This document shows, one piece after another, positions 20,517-30,383 of a DNA stretch of 64,000 nt (position 1 is the stretch's first letter; every line of letters begins with the position of its first letter). Location of the stretch: NCBI GenBank assembly GCA_000002435.2, contig CM018791.1; one strand, 5' to 3'. Source of the DNA: Giardia intestinalis (lineage: Eukaryota). The position numbers were made by a program, and so were the translations under genes. The notes beneath the pieces were generated by a model, which saw nothing but the letters and a program-made list of their open reading frames with translations, was not told the DNA's origin and did no database searches.

Positions 20517-22250
20517 ATGTCTGCGAGCGTGGGCGCAGGGGTTGGAACGCTTGGAAGGTCTCTCGGCGTCCGCTTGCCTGGCTCCAAGGAATCGCGCAAT
20601 GAACTTGCTCTTTCCGCTGGTCCAGCTAAATCTAGTGAACGACCCCTGGGTCTCGGACCTTCTGTGATTAGTCGCACCTCTCAGTATAAGAACCTTGAAG
20701 AGCAGTACAACATCTTGAAGAGCAAGTACATGTCTAACGTGGATCGAGTTGCCGAAACTGTGCAGCTCAGCAACGAGTACAAGCAACTTGAGAAGAAGTA
20801 TGCTAATGCAACACGATCAGCCAGTGAGCTTGCGGCTGAAAACGAAGCTTTACGCGGAGAACTTTCGGAAACAAAGGGAGCTCTTGATACGTACAAGGAG
20901 AAGCTGGCGGAAATTTCTGTGCAACCTCCGCCAATTCTGGACACTGACTTGTCCACTAATCACTTATATTCGGACCATAATTTGGCTACTTCTGCCTCGA
21001 TGTCTGCTGCTGCCAATGTCATACCCCTTGCTGCGCCCTCTTATGTAAGCCAGGAGGAGTACAACGAGATGCTCAAGTCCCGAACATCTCCCGCGTCTGT
21101 GGTTCCATCTGTCCCGTTTGAGGCCTCTAATGCATCCGTGGATAGCACAGCGCAAGTCTGCGAAGCACTTGATAGCCTTCAAAAGGACAACATTGAGCTT
21201 AGAACAGATATTAAGGAAACCCTCCTAGAGGTCACGGGAAACCTCCAGACAACCATGGTTGACTTCAGAGATCTTCGGTCGAAGTGCGAGGACATGCGTG
21301 TAGTTTTGAATCAGCGTGAATTGCATCTTCGGGATTTGGTGCACACCTTGGAAGATAGGGACAAAGAAATATCAAGGCTTCAGCGTGCTATAGAGGCTGC
21401 AGAAAAGCACCGAACGCACCGCGAAGAGGAAATACAACGCTTCACTACTGAGTGCGAAGAGGTGGCTAAACACAATGAAGAAGTGATGAAGGAGAAAACA
21501 GCGTTACTTTCAAAGCTCAAAGGTGATAATATTGACCTTAAGGCGGAACTGCATATTAAAGCAGCTGAGCTGACTGAGCTCAAAGATAAGTTAGTAGATG
21601 CACAAAAGCAGTTAAGCTCTCATGCTAGCGAGAACGCGTCGCTTCTTGCCAGGCTTGGCACAGTAAAAAACAATGCAGAACGCCTCCTATTGCAACGAGA
21701 TGAAGACGTTGAAAGACTGACAAATGAGTTAACTAAGCTCAAAGAGGAACATACACAGCACATTGAGCAAAAGGACGAAGTGATCTCGCGACTGACAGGC
21801 GAATGTGAACGACTGAAGGTCGAGCTTGCACATTTAGCAGCAGAAAAAGACACGGAACTAAGTCGGGTCAGCGCTGATTTAGCAACTCTGCAGCAAACAT
21901 TTACCCAATCAACACGAAAGAAAAACGAAGAGGCCACAAAGCTAGCTCAGGATATCGTTGAAAATAAGCTGGAAGCTGCACAAGCGCTTGAAGAAAGAAA
22001 CAAAATAATTACACAGTTGAATGCTCGCATTACAGAATTAGAACTAGAACTAAAACAACGTCCGCTGGCCAGGGAATATACCACAGTTGATATGACAATA
22101 ACACAAAAACAGCGCCCACTGTCTGCAATCGATTCTAGAAAGACACACGAGGATGAGGCAAATTCTATACGGTTCTCAAAGTCTGTGGCAGGATCTTCAT
22201 CAAATAAGCTTGTTGTTCCCATCGAATATTTGGTCATCTCTAAGCAGTAA
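20517..22250 (+). CDS. Coiled-coil protein (577 aa)
   Basis: Track ORF with an ATG start preceded by AT-rich caataaattgaaagatc. Most of the protein is heptad-like and charged (LEKKY..., ELRGELSETKGALDTYKEKLAEI, EIQRFTTECEEVAKHNEEVMKEK...). I could assign no specific family. Confidence 0.7.
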   Translation: MSASVGAGVGTLGRSLGVRLPGSKESRNELALSAGPAKSSERPLGLGPSVISRTSQYKNLEEQYNILKSKYMSNVDRVAETVQLSNEYKQLEKKYANATRSASELAAENEALRGELSETKGALDTYKEKLAEISVQPPPILDTDLSTNHLYSDHNLATSASMSAAANVIPLAAPSYVSQEEYNEMLKSRTSPASVVPSVPFEASNASVDSTAQVCEALDSLQKDNIELRTDIKETLLEVTGNLQTTMVDFRDLRSKCEDMRVVLNQRELHLRDLVHTLEDRDKEISRLQRAIEAAEKHRTHREEEIQRFTTECEEVAKHNEEVMKEKTALLSKLKGDNIDLKAELHIKAAELTELKDKLVDAQKQLSSHASENASLLARLGTVKNNAERLLLQRDEDVERLTNELTKLKEEHTQHIEQKDEVISRLTGECERLKVELAHLAAEKDTELSRVSADLATLQQTFTQSTRKKNEEATKLAQDIVENKLEAAQALEERNKIITQLNARITELELELKQRPLAREYTTVDMTITQKQRPLSAIDSRKTHEDEANSIRFSKSVAGSSSNKLVVPIEYLVISKQ

Positions 22251-22254
22251 CGGA

Positions 22255-22570
22255 ATGTATTTTGGTAATTGGCTTTGTGTTTCTATTGCTTAGTAGGATT
22301 TCTATACTCTTTTACATTCCTGCAACGCTTGCGAAAGCATAATAATCACATATAATAAGCTTAATATATTTTTATTGGTCAAACCGTCCTCAGTACTTAA
22401 TACTAGAAATGTGGACGCATTAATGGATATGTATTGTGAGTAAACGTGCTTATTTTAATGAGTATCATTTTAACCATTGATGATTAGAATCGTTGGCTAC
22501 ACTTATAGAATATGCTATTACATACAAAAGATATGCATAGGGCACTGGCCAATTAATAGTTCTCTTCTAC
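22255..22570. other. AT-rich island (about 300 bp) downstream of the coiled-coil gene
   Basis: The sequence is visibly far more A/T-rich than the rest of the window (tattttaatgagtatcattttaacc, ttaatatatttttattgg) and has no long ORF. Composition was judged by eye, not computed. Confidence 0.5.
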
Positions 22571-24528
22571 TGCGCTAGTTTGGCGTCTGTTGTGATCTTG
22601 TGTCCTGTCTCGTCATCAATAAACTTTTCTGTTATGGATAGCATCATCGATGGCTGGTCATTCGATAGCTACAGTTGCGACAATCATCGTCAGTTATTCT
22701 TGCTGGCGGAGACAGGCCTCAGGAAGATACTTGTTCGGAGATCCCGTTTGCGTCCACTACGGCGCCTATCCTGAGAAGACAATGCTAACTTGCGTAAGGT
22801 ACTTCCACTGCTCATTCCCGCTGGTCCAGATAAACGCCTTGCATACTTCGGATTGCCCTCTGCTGGCAACAGAGCAGCCACTGCCCTTTGTGTTTCCTTC
22901 AGACACATGCCCATCTATGACGGCGCTTCTTGTCTCTTCTCTGGTGAGGCATAACCGCACCAATCCAGACACCTTGCTCTCAGCACGCATCTCGTATCCA
23001 GCAGAAGCCAGGTGTTCGTCAGCCATATCCCGTGAGCATCAGCACTGTGCCACTATGTTACTTCCTGTCCTTCTTGAGGGGCGTGCTCTAATCATCCCAG
23101 TGTCTCTATGATAGGAGAGCTGTGGATCCGGAGGCTGCTGTGGCTTTCTGGCCCTCTCTGCTGTCCAGGAGAATCCAAACTCGCCCTTCGGGAGTCGGTC
23201 CCCTAACCTTCTGTTCTCTCGGGGAAGTGGTCCTTGGATAGTGCTACCCAGAGGGCTCCCGAAGCCTCACTATATGGGTGCTGCTTCTAAGAACTCCTGG
23301 AGTATCCTTAGAGAGTCTCCCAGTGGCGCAAATCCTACCCATTGTCAGCGGAGGTCTCGGCTCTCAAGGACATCTCAGGGACAGCACGCCGGTGCCACTT
23401 CCTGACGGGGGCCAGGCGGGGGCCGCTCACCCTTGTGGATCCATCATTGGCATCGAGAGCACTAAGCCTGCCATCTTCGCTGGAGGTGTCAGCAGACGGT
23501 ACTCCGCATCCACCTATGGAAGGGCTGAGTCGTGTGCTGTCGTCATAATATTCCATATTAATGCAGATAAATCTCCCGGTGGCACTTGGGGATACCCAGC
23601 ACAGCACGCTAATATGTTGCTTGCTCGAGCTATCGCTCAGATCTGCGATCCCCGTGGTCTGGGCCAGGTGCCTTGAATGGCCTCCAGCCCTAGTAGGAGC
23701 ACAGGTCGGTGCTCCTTGTTCCAAACAAGCATTCCGTCTATTGTGCCCAGCCCTGAAAGACTCGCTCCTTCGCAGGTGCCCGAGCCAAGCGCTGTCTGCC
23801 GCCCAGGAGGCGTGCTGGCATTCAACAGAGAGGCTTGCAGATACCACAGACCTCGTTGGTAAAGCGCCTGGGCCCCTGCCCTGGGCACGAGTAAGAAGCC
23901 CCAGCAGTACTTCGCTGCGGACTATGACACGGCTCCTGTGTGCACCAGGCGATGCACAGCAGCCACGAGTGTGCAGTCCTCTGCGCCTGCCCACCGATGA
24001 CGCAGCTGGGGCCTGTGGGGCAGCAGGGCCGAGACATACATATGGGAGGCGCCAACGGGCATTGGGCTATTGGCCGTCAAATGGTGGGTATGACTTGAGA
24101 GGTGGCTCGCGGCAAGTAGTTTACTCGACCGCAGCAGACAGGATCGCCTTTGGCCTAAAACCGCCATGTGTCGGTAGATGCACCTGTGTCTTCCACCATT
24201 GTTCTGTGTGCTATTATTATATTCTGGCTTCTCTAGATTTAGCAGAGGCATCTAACAAGGAATTCACAACTAGAGGCTGGCCCAACAGCCAGAGAGGCGT
24301 CTATTGGGCTGTACACCCATGCACCGGATTGTCTCGAAGGCGTCGTTCCCTCTCTAATTACGTGCCCTGTCCCCGGTCCGTACCAGCGAAAGTCTTACTG
24401 AGACACCCACTGTCCAGGATACTGACCAGACCACCAGGCAGCGATTGGCCGGAATAAGGGAGAGCCGCTCTCCTTGGCATACTCTACTATGTGCGTGCAA
24501 GAATGGATGGACCATAAAGTGAGGCCAC

Positions 24529-26949
24529 TCAGTTTTTCTTTCGGAAGACGAAAAACCAAACCAGCACACCCGCCACACCGCCGACGACGAGGACCACGCT
24601 GATGGCGATGCCAGAGATGGCACTAGACGAGAGGGCGGACTTTTTGGAGGTGCTGTCGTACTCCAGACATACGGGTGTGGCTGCACCCTCTGGAACCACG
24701 CAGAGGCTGCACTTGGAGATCGCCTTGTGACACGCCTTGCACGTGCTCTCGGAGAAGTAGTACCCGGCCAGGCAGTCAAAGCATACCTCCCCATGGGGGC
24801 AGGTGGCGCAGCCCTTGGAGCACGCCTTGCACGCCCCCTTCTCCAGGTAGAACCCGCTGTTGCAGGCGTTGCAGACCCCACTGCTACACATTGCGCAGTT
24901 CGTCGGGCATGTAAGGAGCGTTCCGTTGTACGTTATCCCGTACCCGGTCACGGTGCTGTCACACCAGCCGTTACTCTCCTTCGTGCAGACAGTCTTCCCG
25001 GGGAGGAGCGTGGAGGTGTAGCACCCCCCGTTGAGGCTGAAGGAGTTTGAGCTGCAAGCAGCACATCTACCGGCAGCGACATTCGCGCACGCGATGCCAG
25101 CCGCCCGCAAGCTGGAGAAGGTGCACGCCCCGTTGTTGGGGTACTCCGTGCTCTTGGCGCAGCGCGAGCAGTAGCTGGTCCCGCCCACCGTGAGCCCGCA
25201 CTCTGCACAGCTGCTGTCCTGCACGCACTGCGGGACGCACGATCCCTTGGCACCGTCGCTGTACTGCAGCCGCTTCCTGGCAGGGCAGGAGGTGCAGTCA
25301 CCGGACGCCGGTCCGCTGCACGTGGCACACTCAGAGCTGCACGGCTTGCATCCTCCCGAGCCCTCGACGTAGAACCCGTCCCTGCAGGTCTTGCACTTGG
25401 ATTCCGACTCGCAGACTGCGCAGTTGCCGAGCGTGCACGCCACGCACCTCGAGACGCCCCCCACGGTGGCCTTGTAGTACCCGGCGGAGCCCAGGCAGTC
25501 CTTCACGCACAGACCGTGGGGGTCGAGGCTGTTGCCACCGGCACACTTTGTGCATACGTTTCTGTCCTCGCACGTGTCGCAGTTGGGGTCCTTGCACTTG
25601 GTCGCCACGCACTGACTGCCGGAGAGTGTGTAGCCATACTTGCACTTCTTACAGCTCGACTCGTCACACTCAGCGCAGTTCTCCACCGCGCACCCGACGC
25701 ACTTCCCGTCCTTCAGATATGACCCGTCATCGCACGCGCAGCTGTGGACCGAGGATGAGGACCCCTTTATGCCCTTCTGCCCCTTGGGACAGCTGGCCAG
25801 GCAGCTCCTCTTATCCAGGCTCAGGTAGAGGTCGCGGCACTCCAGACACTGAAGACTACTGTCCTTCATCTCACACCTTTGGCATCCCTCTATTCCCCCG
25901 TTGGCTGAGTCCCCGCAGCGCCAGCATCCGTTGTTCTTGGTGAACACTTCATTGATTGAACTGTTGCATGCAGTACACACATTGTTTTGCACTGTCTGAC
26001 AAATCTGAGACCCTACTTGACCTGGAGCATAACTAAATAAGTAGCATCCACCATAAAACAAGAAGTATTGCCTGTTGCTATCATTCTTACAAGATGTGCA
26101 TTTTCCCGTTTCAGAATCTTTCGTACAAACATTATCAAATCCGCTAATTGACCCACAGAGGCCATTCTGAGGCACTTCTGATGAATTGGCACATTGTGTG
26201 CACAACGATTGTCCCTGTATATCTATAGTATTTCTTGGTAAACAGATACTGTTGCCAATTACACTATCTGTGGTATAACACCCAAACTGACTCCAGACGT
26301 AACCCCTAGGACAAAAGTAACAATAGCCGAGCTCGAGTCCCTTAACAGACCTACATCGAAAATCAAAAGGGCACATAAATCGTTCTGAGCATTCGCTACA
26401 GCTGGGTATAGTGTTCCCTGGCAACCTATGTTGGTTACAGTACTGACACCTATATACACCACTACTCCCGCCAAAGCCTACTATATCTCCGCAGTAGATA
26501 CAGCGTTCAGGAGAGGTCGCATTAGGGTTGGTAAAAGTTATTGGAGTATAGTACGTACTACCCTTTCCGCACTCTTGACAAATCCCATTTTCTGCACGAT
26601 CGCAAATACTTGCTTTCCATCTGCCAGACAATTCATAGCAGCCACCGTAAAATAAGAAGTAACCATTTTTACATCCTGTGCACCATCCACCTTTCGGCGA
26701 TTTAACACAACCGGCTTTATTAACTTTTTCGTCTGTAGTAGCAACACATGTGCCGTTGATGGGAACATAATCCTGGCTACACTCTGTGCAAAAAAAAGCA
26801 CCTAAGTCCACTAGGCATCTATCCTGAAGACACTGTGAGATCTTGCCTTCACAAGAATACCCAAAGCCATTGTAGTATACAAACGTTTCCTCAGAGAAAG
26901 ACCCTGCCAGAAAACAAGTCAGAATCACGATCAGCGAAGCCAAAGTCAT
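24529..26949 (-). CDS. High-cysteine membrane protein (HCMP; VSP-like Cys-rich type I membrane protein without the CRGKA tail)
   Basis: 806 aa starting with ATG. The N-terminus MTLASLIVILTCFLAGSFS looks like a signal peptide. The protein has dozens of CxxC/CxC motifs and GGCY motifs (LFYGGCYELSG, LFYGGCYLFSY). The C-terminus has a hydrophobic helix IAISVVLVVGGVAGVLVWFFVF followed by the short tail RKKN. An AT-rich stretch (aataaagaataatagcttc) lies just upstream of the ATG on the minus strand. Confidence 0.8.
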   Translation of the reverse strand: MTLASLIVILTCFLAGSFSEETFVYYNGFGYSCEGKISQCLQDRCLVDLGAFFCTECSQDYVPINGTCVATTDEKVNKAGCVKSPKGGWCTGCKNGYFLFYGGCYELSGRWKASICDRAENGICQECGKGSTYYTPITFTNPNATSPERCIYCGDIVGFGGSSGVYRCQYCNQHRLPGNTIPSCSECSERFMCPFDFRCRSVKGLELGYCYFCPRGYVWSQFGCYTTDSVIGNSICLPRNTIDIQGQSLCTQCANSSEVPQNGLCGSISGFDNVCTKDSETGKCTSCKNDSNRQYFLFYGGCYLFSYAPGQVGSQICQTVQNNVCTACNSSINEVFTKNNGCWRCGDSANGGIEGCQRCEMKDSSLQCLECRDLYLSLDKRSCLASCPKGQKGIKGSSSSVHSCACDDGSYLKDGKCVGCAVENCAECDESSCKKCKYGYTLSGSQCVATKCKDPNCDTCEDRNVCTKCAGGNSLDPHGLCVKDCLGSAGYYKATVGGVSRCVACTLGNCAVCESESKCKTCRDGFYVEGSGGCKPCSSECATCSGPASGDCTSCPARKRLQYSDGAKGSCVPQCVQDSSCAECGLTVGGTSYCSRCAKSTEYPNNGACTFSSLRAAGIACANVAAGRCAACSSNSFSLNGGCYTSTLLPGKTVCTKESNGWCDSTVTGYGITYNGTLLTCPTNCAMCSSGVCNACNSGFYLEKGACKACSKGCATCPHGEVCFDCLAGYYFSESTCKACHKAISKCSLCVVPEGAATPVCLEYDSTSKKSALSSSAISGIAISVVLVVGGVAGVLVWFFVFRKKN

Positions 26950-28039
26950 GAAGCTATTATTCTTTATTGGATACCTATGAAAGTTACACGCACTAATCCG
27001 AGTCAGCCACTGAAAGCCTTGGCTTAGAATTACAACTGTCAGAGTAATACCCCTTGTACTTCTTACAGACAGACTACAGCCGGCAGACCCATAGAAGGGC
27101 CCGCTCTACTTATACTAGTCATCGACTCACACGGCGACCTGAGCAGCCTGTAATCTGGCTCTGCAATGAAACAGTTAGGCGATCTGTTTGTCCCCACTCT
27201 CAAGCGGAATTGCCTAATTCAAAATTACTAACATACGCTTCAAAGTTTCGCAGGACTTACAGTACAGAAAACTCATTGAGAACCTATTCCGAGCAAACAC
27301 GTCCGGTACACAACCACCTCGCAAAGGACTCTCTGCTGTCAAGGAGATCCTCTCGAGGTCTATGAGTGGGGTGACTGTAAGCGAGCTTCTTGAAGAATGG
27401 CCGTTTTCAGGCGCCTGTCCATCCCCTTACCCCGATGTTCCGGGAACCAGCATCAGTCATATCTTCGTTGAGCAAGGGCACTGTGGAGGGGACTCTGCAG
27501 GGCCTAACGAGCGTTCGAAGGTGCAGCAGAACAACGACGAGACACGGTATGCCGTCGCATAGGCACTAAGATCTTGCTGACCTGTGCACTGAAGGATGCA
27601 GGCCATCCGAGTCCTTCTCTGTATGCAATCGTAGCCTGCTGCTTTCGTCGGTGTTTGTCATCCACGAGGGCCCTTATTACCCGAAGCCCTAGAGCCCTGA
27701 GGTCGTACTGCGGCAAGCATCTGCTCTACAGGTGCTGACGTACAGGCCACTTTACTTTATTACTGGCAGTCGGAGAATACTTCGACGTGGTTTGTTCAGA
27801 GACGCCAGGAGTACAGCCAAGTACCTTGCCGATAAGCACAACATCCAGCCCCAGAAGAACATCTAGTCCTCCTGACGCACGATGCGGCCATGTTTGTCTT
27901 CTGCTGGTACCGGGCCCAAACGGACAGCCTGCTTACTGAAGAAGAACGTATGCAGTTAGACACCTTTGAAGGCCTGGCCTGCCTTAGCAACCCAATTCAC
28001 TGCAGAGTGCCCTTTGCTGCTCCCCGCCCCCAATGCACG

Positions 28040-28400
28040 GAGATTTAATCAAGCGTGATGATTCATTGCACCCGCCGGCCACGCCCAGCCCTGCCCGCGG
28101 GCGTCTCACTCAAGTCCCGGCCGTCCTGGTGGGCGCGGGTCTCCGCAACCCTTTTCAACAAAGCTCCCACCTGTCGCGGCGGCGGCTGTCGGCCTCTGGC
28201 TCACCGGCTGGGGCCGCCCCTCCGCGAGGAGCTCTGCGACGTCCCTGTTCCCCGCCTGCGCAGCGAGCAGCAGGGCCCTGCGGCCGTCGGCGCCCTCCCT
28301 CTCGTGCTCTGCGGGGCGGGGATCCGGGCCACCCTGGGGCGGTTCCCGTGGGCGGCGTGCATGAGGCCGTCACCCCCTACTCGTCACGTTTGCTGATGCC
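28040..28400. other. Very GC-rich island (about 350 bp) in the HCMP/kinase spacer
   Basis: It contains runs such as gcccgcgggcg, ggtgggcgcgggtctccgc, cggcggcggctgtcggcc, gcggggcggggatccgggcc. Its ORFs overlap on both strands (28033..28557 +, 28155..28373 -) and encode Arg/Pro/Ala/Gly-rich low-complexity peptides, which is typical of non-coding GC-rich DNA. Confidence 0.5.
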
Positions 28401-28529
28401 AATCCCTCTTCAAGTAGTGTCCGGACGGTCTCTGTGTTGTTTGTGTGCAGCGCGCATCAGCCTGAGGAAGACTGTGGGTACCGGCCGCTCCATCCTGTCA
28501 CTAAGCTGCATGACCTTGGCCTCTAGCCT

Positions 28530-29684
28530 TCACGTGGCCAGATGCCCTTTACCCTGATCCTCGAGAGTGCCCTTAAGAGAGGCAGTCTCAGCAGACCTGG
28601 CGTCGAGGGCCGCCTCAAGAGTAGTAATCCTGTCCAGCTTGGTCTTGGCATCCTCCTCCAGAAGTGTAATCCTGGCGTTAGCACTGTTCAGAGTAGTCTC
28701 CAAGGCGCCGCACTTGTACCTCAGCATCACGCACTGACCCCCCAGCTCACTAACTGGGATGTCGAATGTAGCGAGCGTCTCGTGCAGCTCCCTGGCCGTC
28801 GGCCTCCTCTCTGGCTCCAGCACGAATATCCTCTCCAGAACATTCTGCATGAAGCCATCAGTGACATCGCTCAGGTCCGGCCTCCACCCATCGACGAAGA
28901 CCTCTGCTGGGACTTTACCTTCTAGGAAGTCCGGTTTCCTTAGAGTAGTAAGCTCGTAGAGGATGACCCCGAGGCTCCACACGTCGGAGGCGGGGCTGGC
29001 CTCGTTGCGAAGGAGCACCTCGGGGGCCACGTATGCCATTATTCCCATGAGAGTGCTCCCACTCCACAGGGCGTCCTTGCAGAGGCCGAAGTCGGCGATG
29101 ATGAAGCGCTCTCCGTCTGCGCTGACGAGGATGCTGGCAGGCCTGAGGTCGCGGTGGACGAGCCCCCTAGTACCTATCCCACTGAGGCCGTAGAGATAGG
29201 CGAGGGCGGCAGCGACCTGCCTCAGGACGGAGAGGATCACAGCGATAGGGATGAGAGTCTTCCTTCGTTTGTGCTCGGTGAGGAGGCGCTCGAGGGTCTT
29301 GTCGTGCCGGTCTATGACGACATAGATGAGACCTTCGTCCTCGACTACTTGGTGGTGCCTGAGGACCCCCGGATGGGAGAGGTCGAGAAGGGCGGTCAGC
29401 TCTAGTCTGATGGCATCTGCACTGTTCTTATCTAAGCCGTCGAGGAGGATCTCCTTCAGGGCAAGGCTCGGATATCCCTTGAGGGAGTAGACTACACCTG
29501 CGACGCTTTCATTAGGCACGCTATCCAGTCGCTCGTGGAGTTCCCTGAGGGCGAAGTGCAGGGGGCTGGACGCGCGACTGCCACCGCCGCCCACGAATTC
29601 CGTTTTTGGACGCCCGGGCGATCGATCGGACGGCCCGCGGAGAGGCCGCTCCTGCCGGCCCTGTGGCAGCGAGCGATGCCGCAC
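28530..29684 (-). CDS. NEK-like Ser/Thr protein kinase with a C-terminal coiled coil (possible pseudogene or non-canonical start)
   Basis: Kinase motifs are present: LALKEI (VAIK-like Lys), HRDLRPASIL, DFGLCKD, YVAPE, DVWSLGVILYEL. The C-terminal tail is heptad-rich. The Gly-loop is degenerate (VAGVVYSL). The ORF begins at GTG and has no in-frame ATG before the kinase domain; the first Met is in subdomain VII-VIII. Confidence 0.6.
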   Translation of the reverse strand: MRHRSLPQGRQERPLRGPSDRSPGRPKTEFVGGGGSRASSPLHFALRELHERLDSVPNESVAGVVYSLKGYPSLALKEILLDGLDKNSADAIRLELTALLDLSHPGVLRHHQVVEDEGLIYVVIDRHDKTLERLLTEHKRRKTLIPIAVILSVLRQVAAALAYLYGLSGIGTRGLVHRDLRPASILVSADGERFIIADFGLCKDALWSGSTLMGIMAYVAPEVLLRNEASPASDVWSLGVILYELTTLRKPDFLEGKVPAEVFVDGWRPDLSDVTDGFMQNVLERIFVLEPERRPTARELHETLATFDIPVSELGGQCVMLRYKCGALETTLNSANARITLLEEDAKTKLDRITTLEAALDARSAETASLKGTLEDQGKGHLAT

Positions 29685-29805
29685 CTGTCCACCCGTAGGG
29701 CCGAGGTCAGTAAACGGCCGGTGGCTGCCTGCACCAAATATTTACTGGGCTGACAGGACAGCACTGCTTTTAAAACTATAACAAGTTTCAAAATAAGAAA
29801 CCTTG

Positions 29806-30348
29806 ATGAAGGTTGTGATTCAGAGGGTTCACTCTGGTTCTGTCACTATTAATAAGGGCAAAGATACAGAGTATGTTAGCGGAAGCATTGGAAGGGGGTA
29901 CGTAGTTCTAGTTGGAATCAGTCGCGAGGATGTCATTGAAGACATGCACTATATAATAGGAAAGCTCCTAGCCGCAAGACTTTTCCCAGACGAAACTGGA
30001 AAGGAGTGGGCGCGGAACATTATTGAAGTAGAGGGAGAGATTTTGCTTGTTTCTCAGTTTACTCTATATGGATTTCTAAACGGAAACAAACCAGACTTCC
30101 ACGAGGCAATGAAGAGTGAAGAAGCTGGCCCGCTGTTTGACAAGTTTGTTCAGCATGTGAAAGAGAAGTATGTTTCAGATCGCGTGCACACAGGGGTCTT
30201 TGGGGGTGACATGGTCGTATCAATTGAAAACGATGGTCCTACTACGTTAACAATAGATAGCCGTGTGAGTGCATACGCGAAAGATGCCGCTGGGATGGCT
30301 AAAATAGGGGGGAACAAAACGTGGAAGAAATACAACCCCGATAAATAA
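29806..30348 (+). CDS. DTD: D-aminoacyl-tRNA deacylase (D-Tyr-tRNA(Tyr) deacylase)
   Basis: Track ORF 29803..30348 starts with a double ATG. The sequence MKVVIQRVHSGSV...IGRGYVVLVGI...ILLVSQFTLYG...NKPDF...LFDKF...HTGVFGGDMVVSIENDGPTTL matches the conserved DTD pattern (IQRV, SQFTL and NDGP(V)T motifs). An AT-rich initiator (tttaaaactataacaagtttcaaaataagaaa) lies upstream. Confidence 0.85.
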   Translation: MKVVIQRVHSGSVTINKGKDTEYVSGSIGRGYVVLVGISREDVIEDMHYIIGKLLAARLFPDETGKEWARNIIEVEGEILLVSQFTLYGFLNGNKPDFHEAMKSEEAGPLFDKFVQHVKEKYVSDRVHTGVFGGDMVVSIENDGPTTLTIDSRVSAYAKDAAGMAKIGGNKTWKKYNPDK

Positions 30349-30383
30349 TAGAAACTGATCTCGGCGCTACATTGTATTTTCAG

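Noticed and set aside
23335-24457. ORFs 23335..23994 - (219 aa) and 23561..24457 + (298 aa)
   Set aside because: They overlap each other on opposite strands in GC-rich DNA. Their peptides are low-complexity with no recognisable domain. I kept the region as an unexplained locus rather than calling CDSs.
24354-25943. Off-frame ORFs inside the HCMP gene (24354..24881 -, 24948..25328 -, 25548..25943 +, 24727..25050 +)
   Set aside because: Their translations are Arg/Pro/Ala/Ser-rich and low-complexity. The HCMP frame explains the coding potential, with its signal peptide, Cys motifs and TM helix.
24529-26949. Possibility that the Cys-rich gene is a VSP (variant-specific surface protein)
   Set aside because: Its C-terminus is ...VWFFVFRKKN, not the invariant VSP tail CRGKA. 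HCMP is the better fit.
28033-28557. ORFs 28033..28557 + (174 aa), 28055..28396 + and 28155..28373 - in the GC-rich island
   Set aside because: They overlap one another on both strands and encode poly-Arg/Pro/Gly/Ala peptides. That is a GC-rich non-coding artefact.
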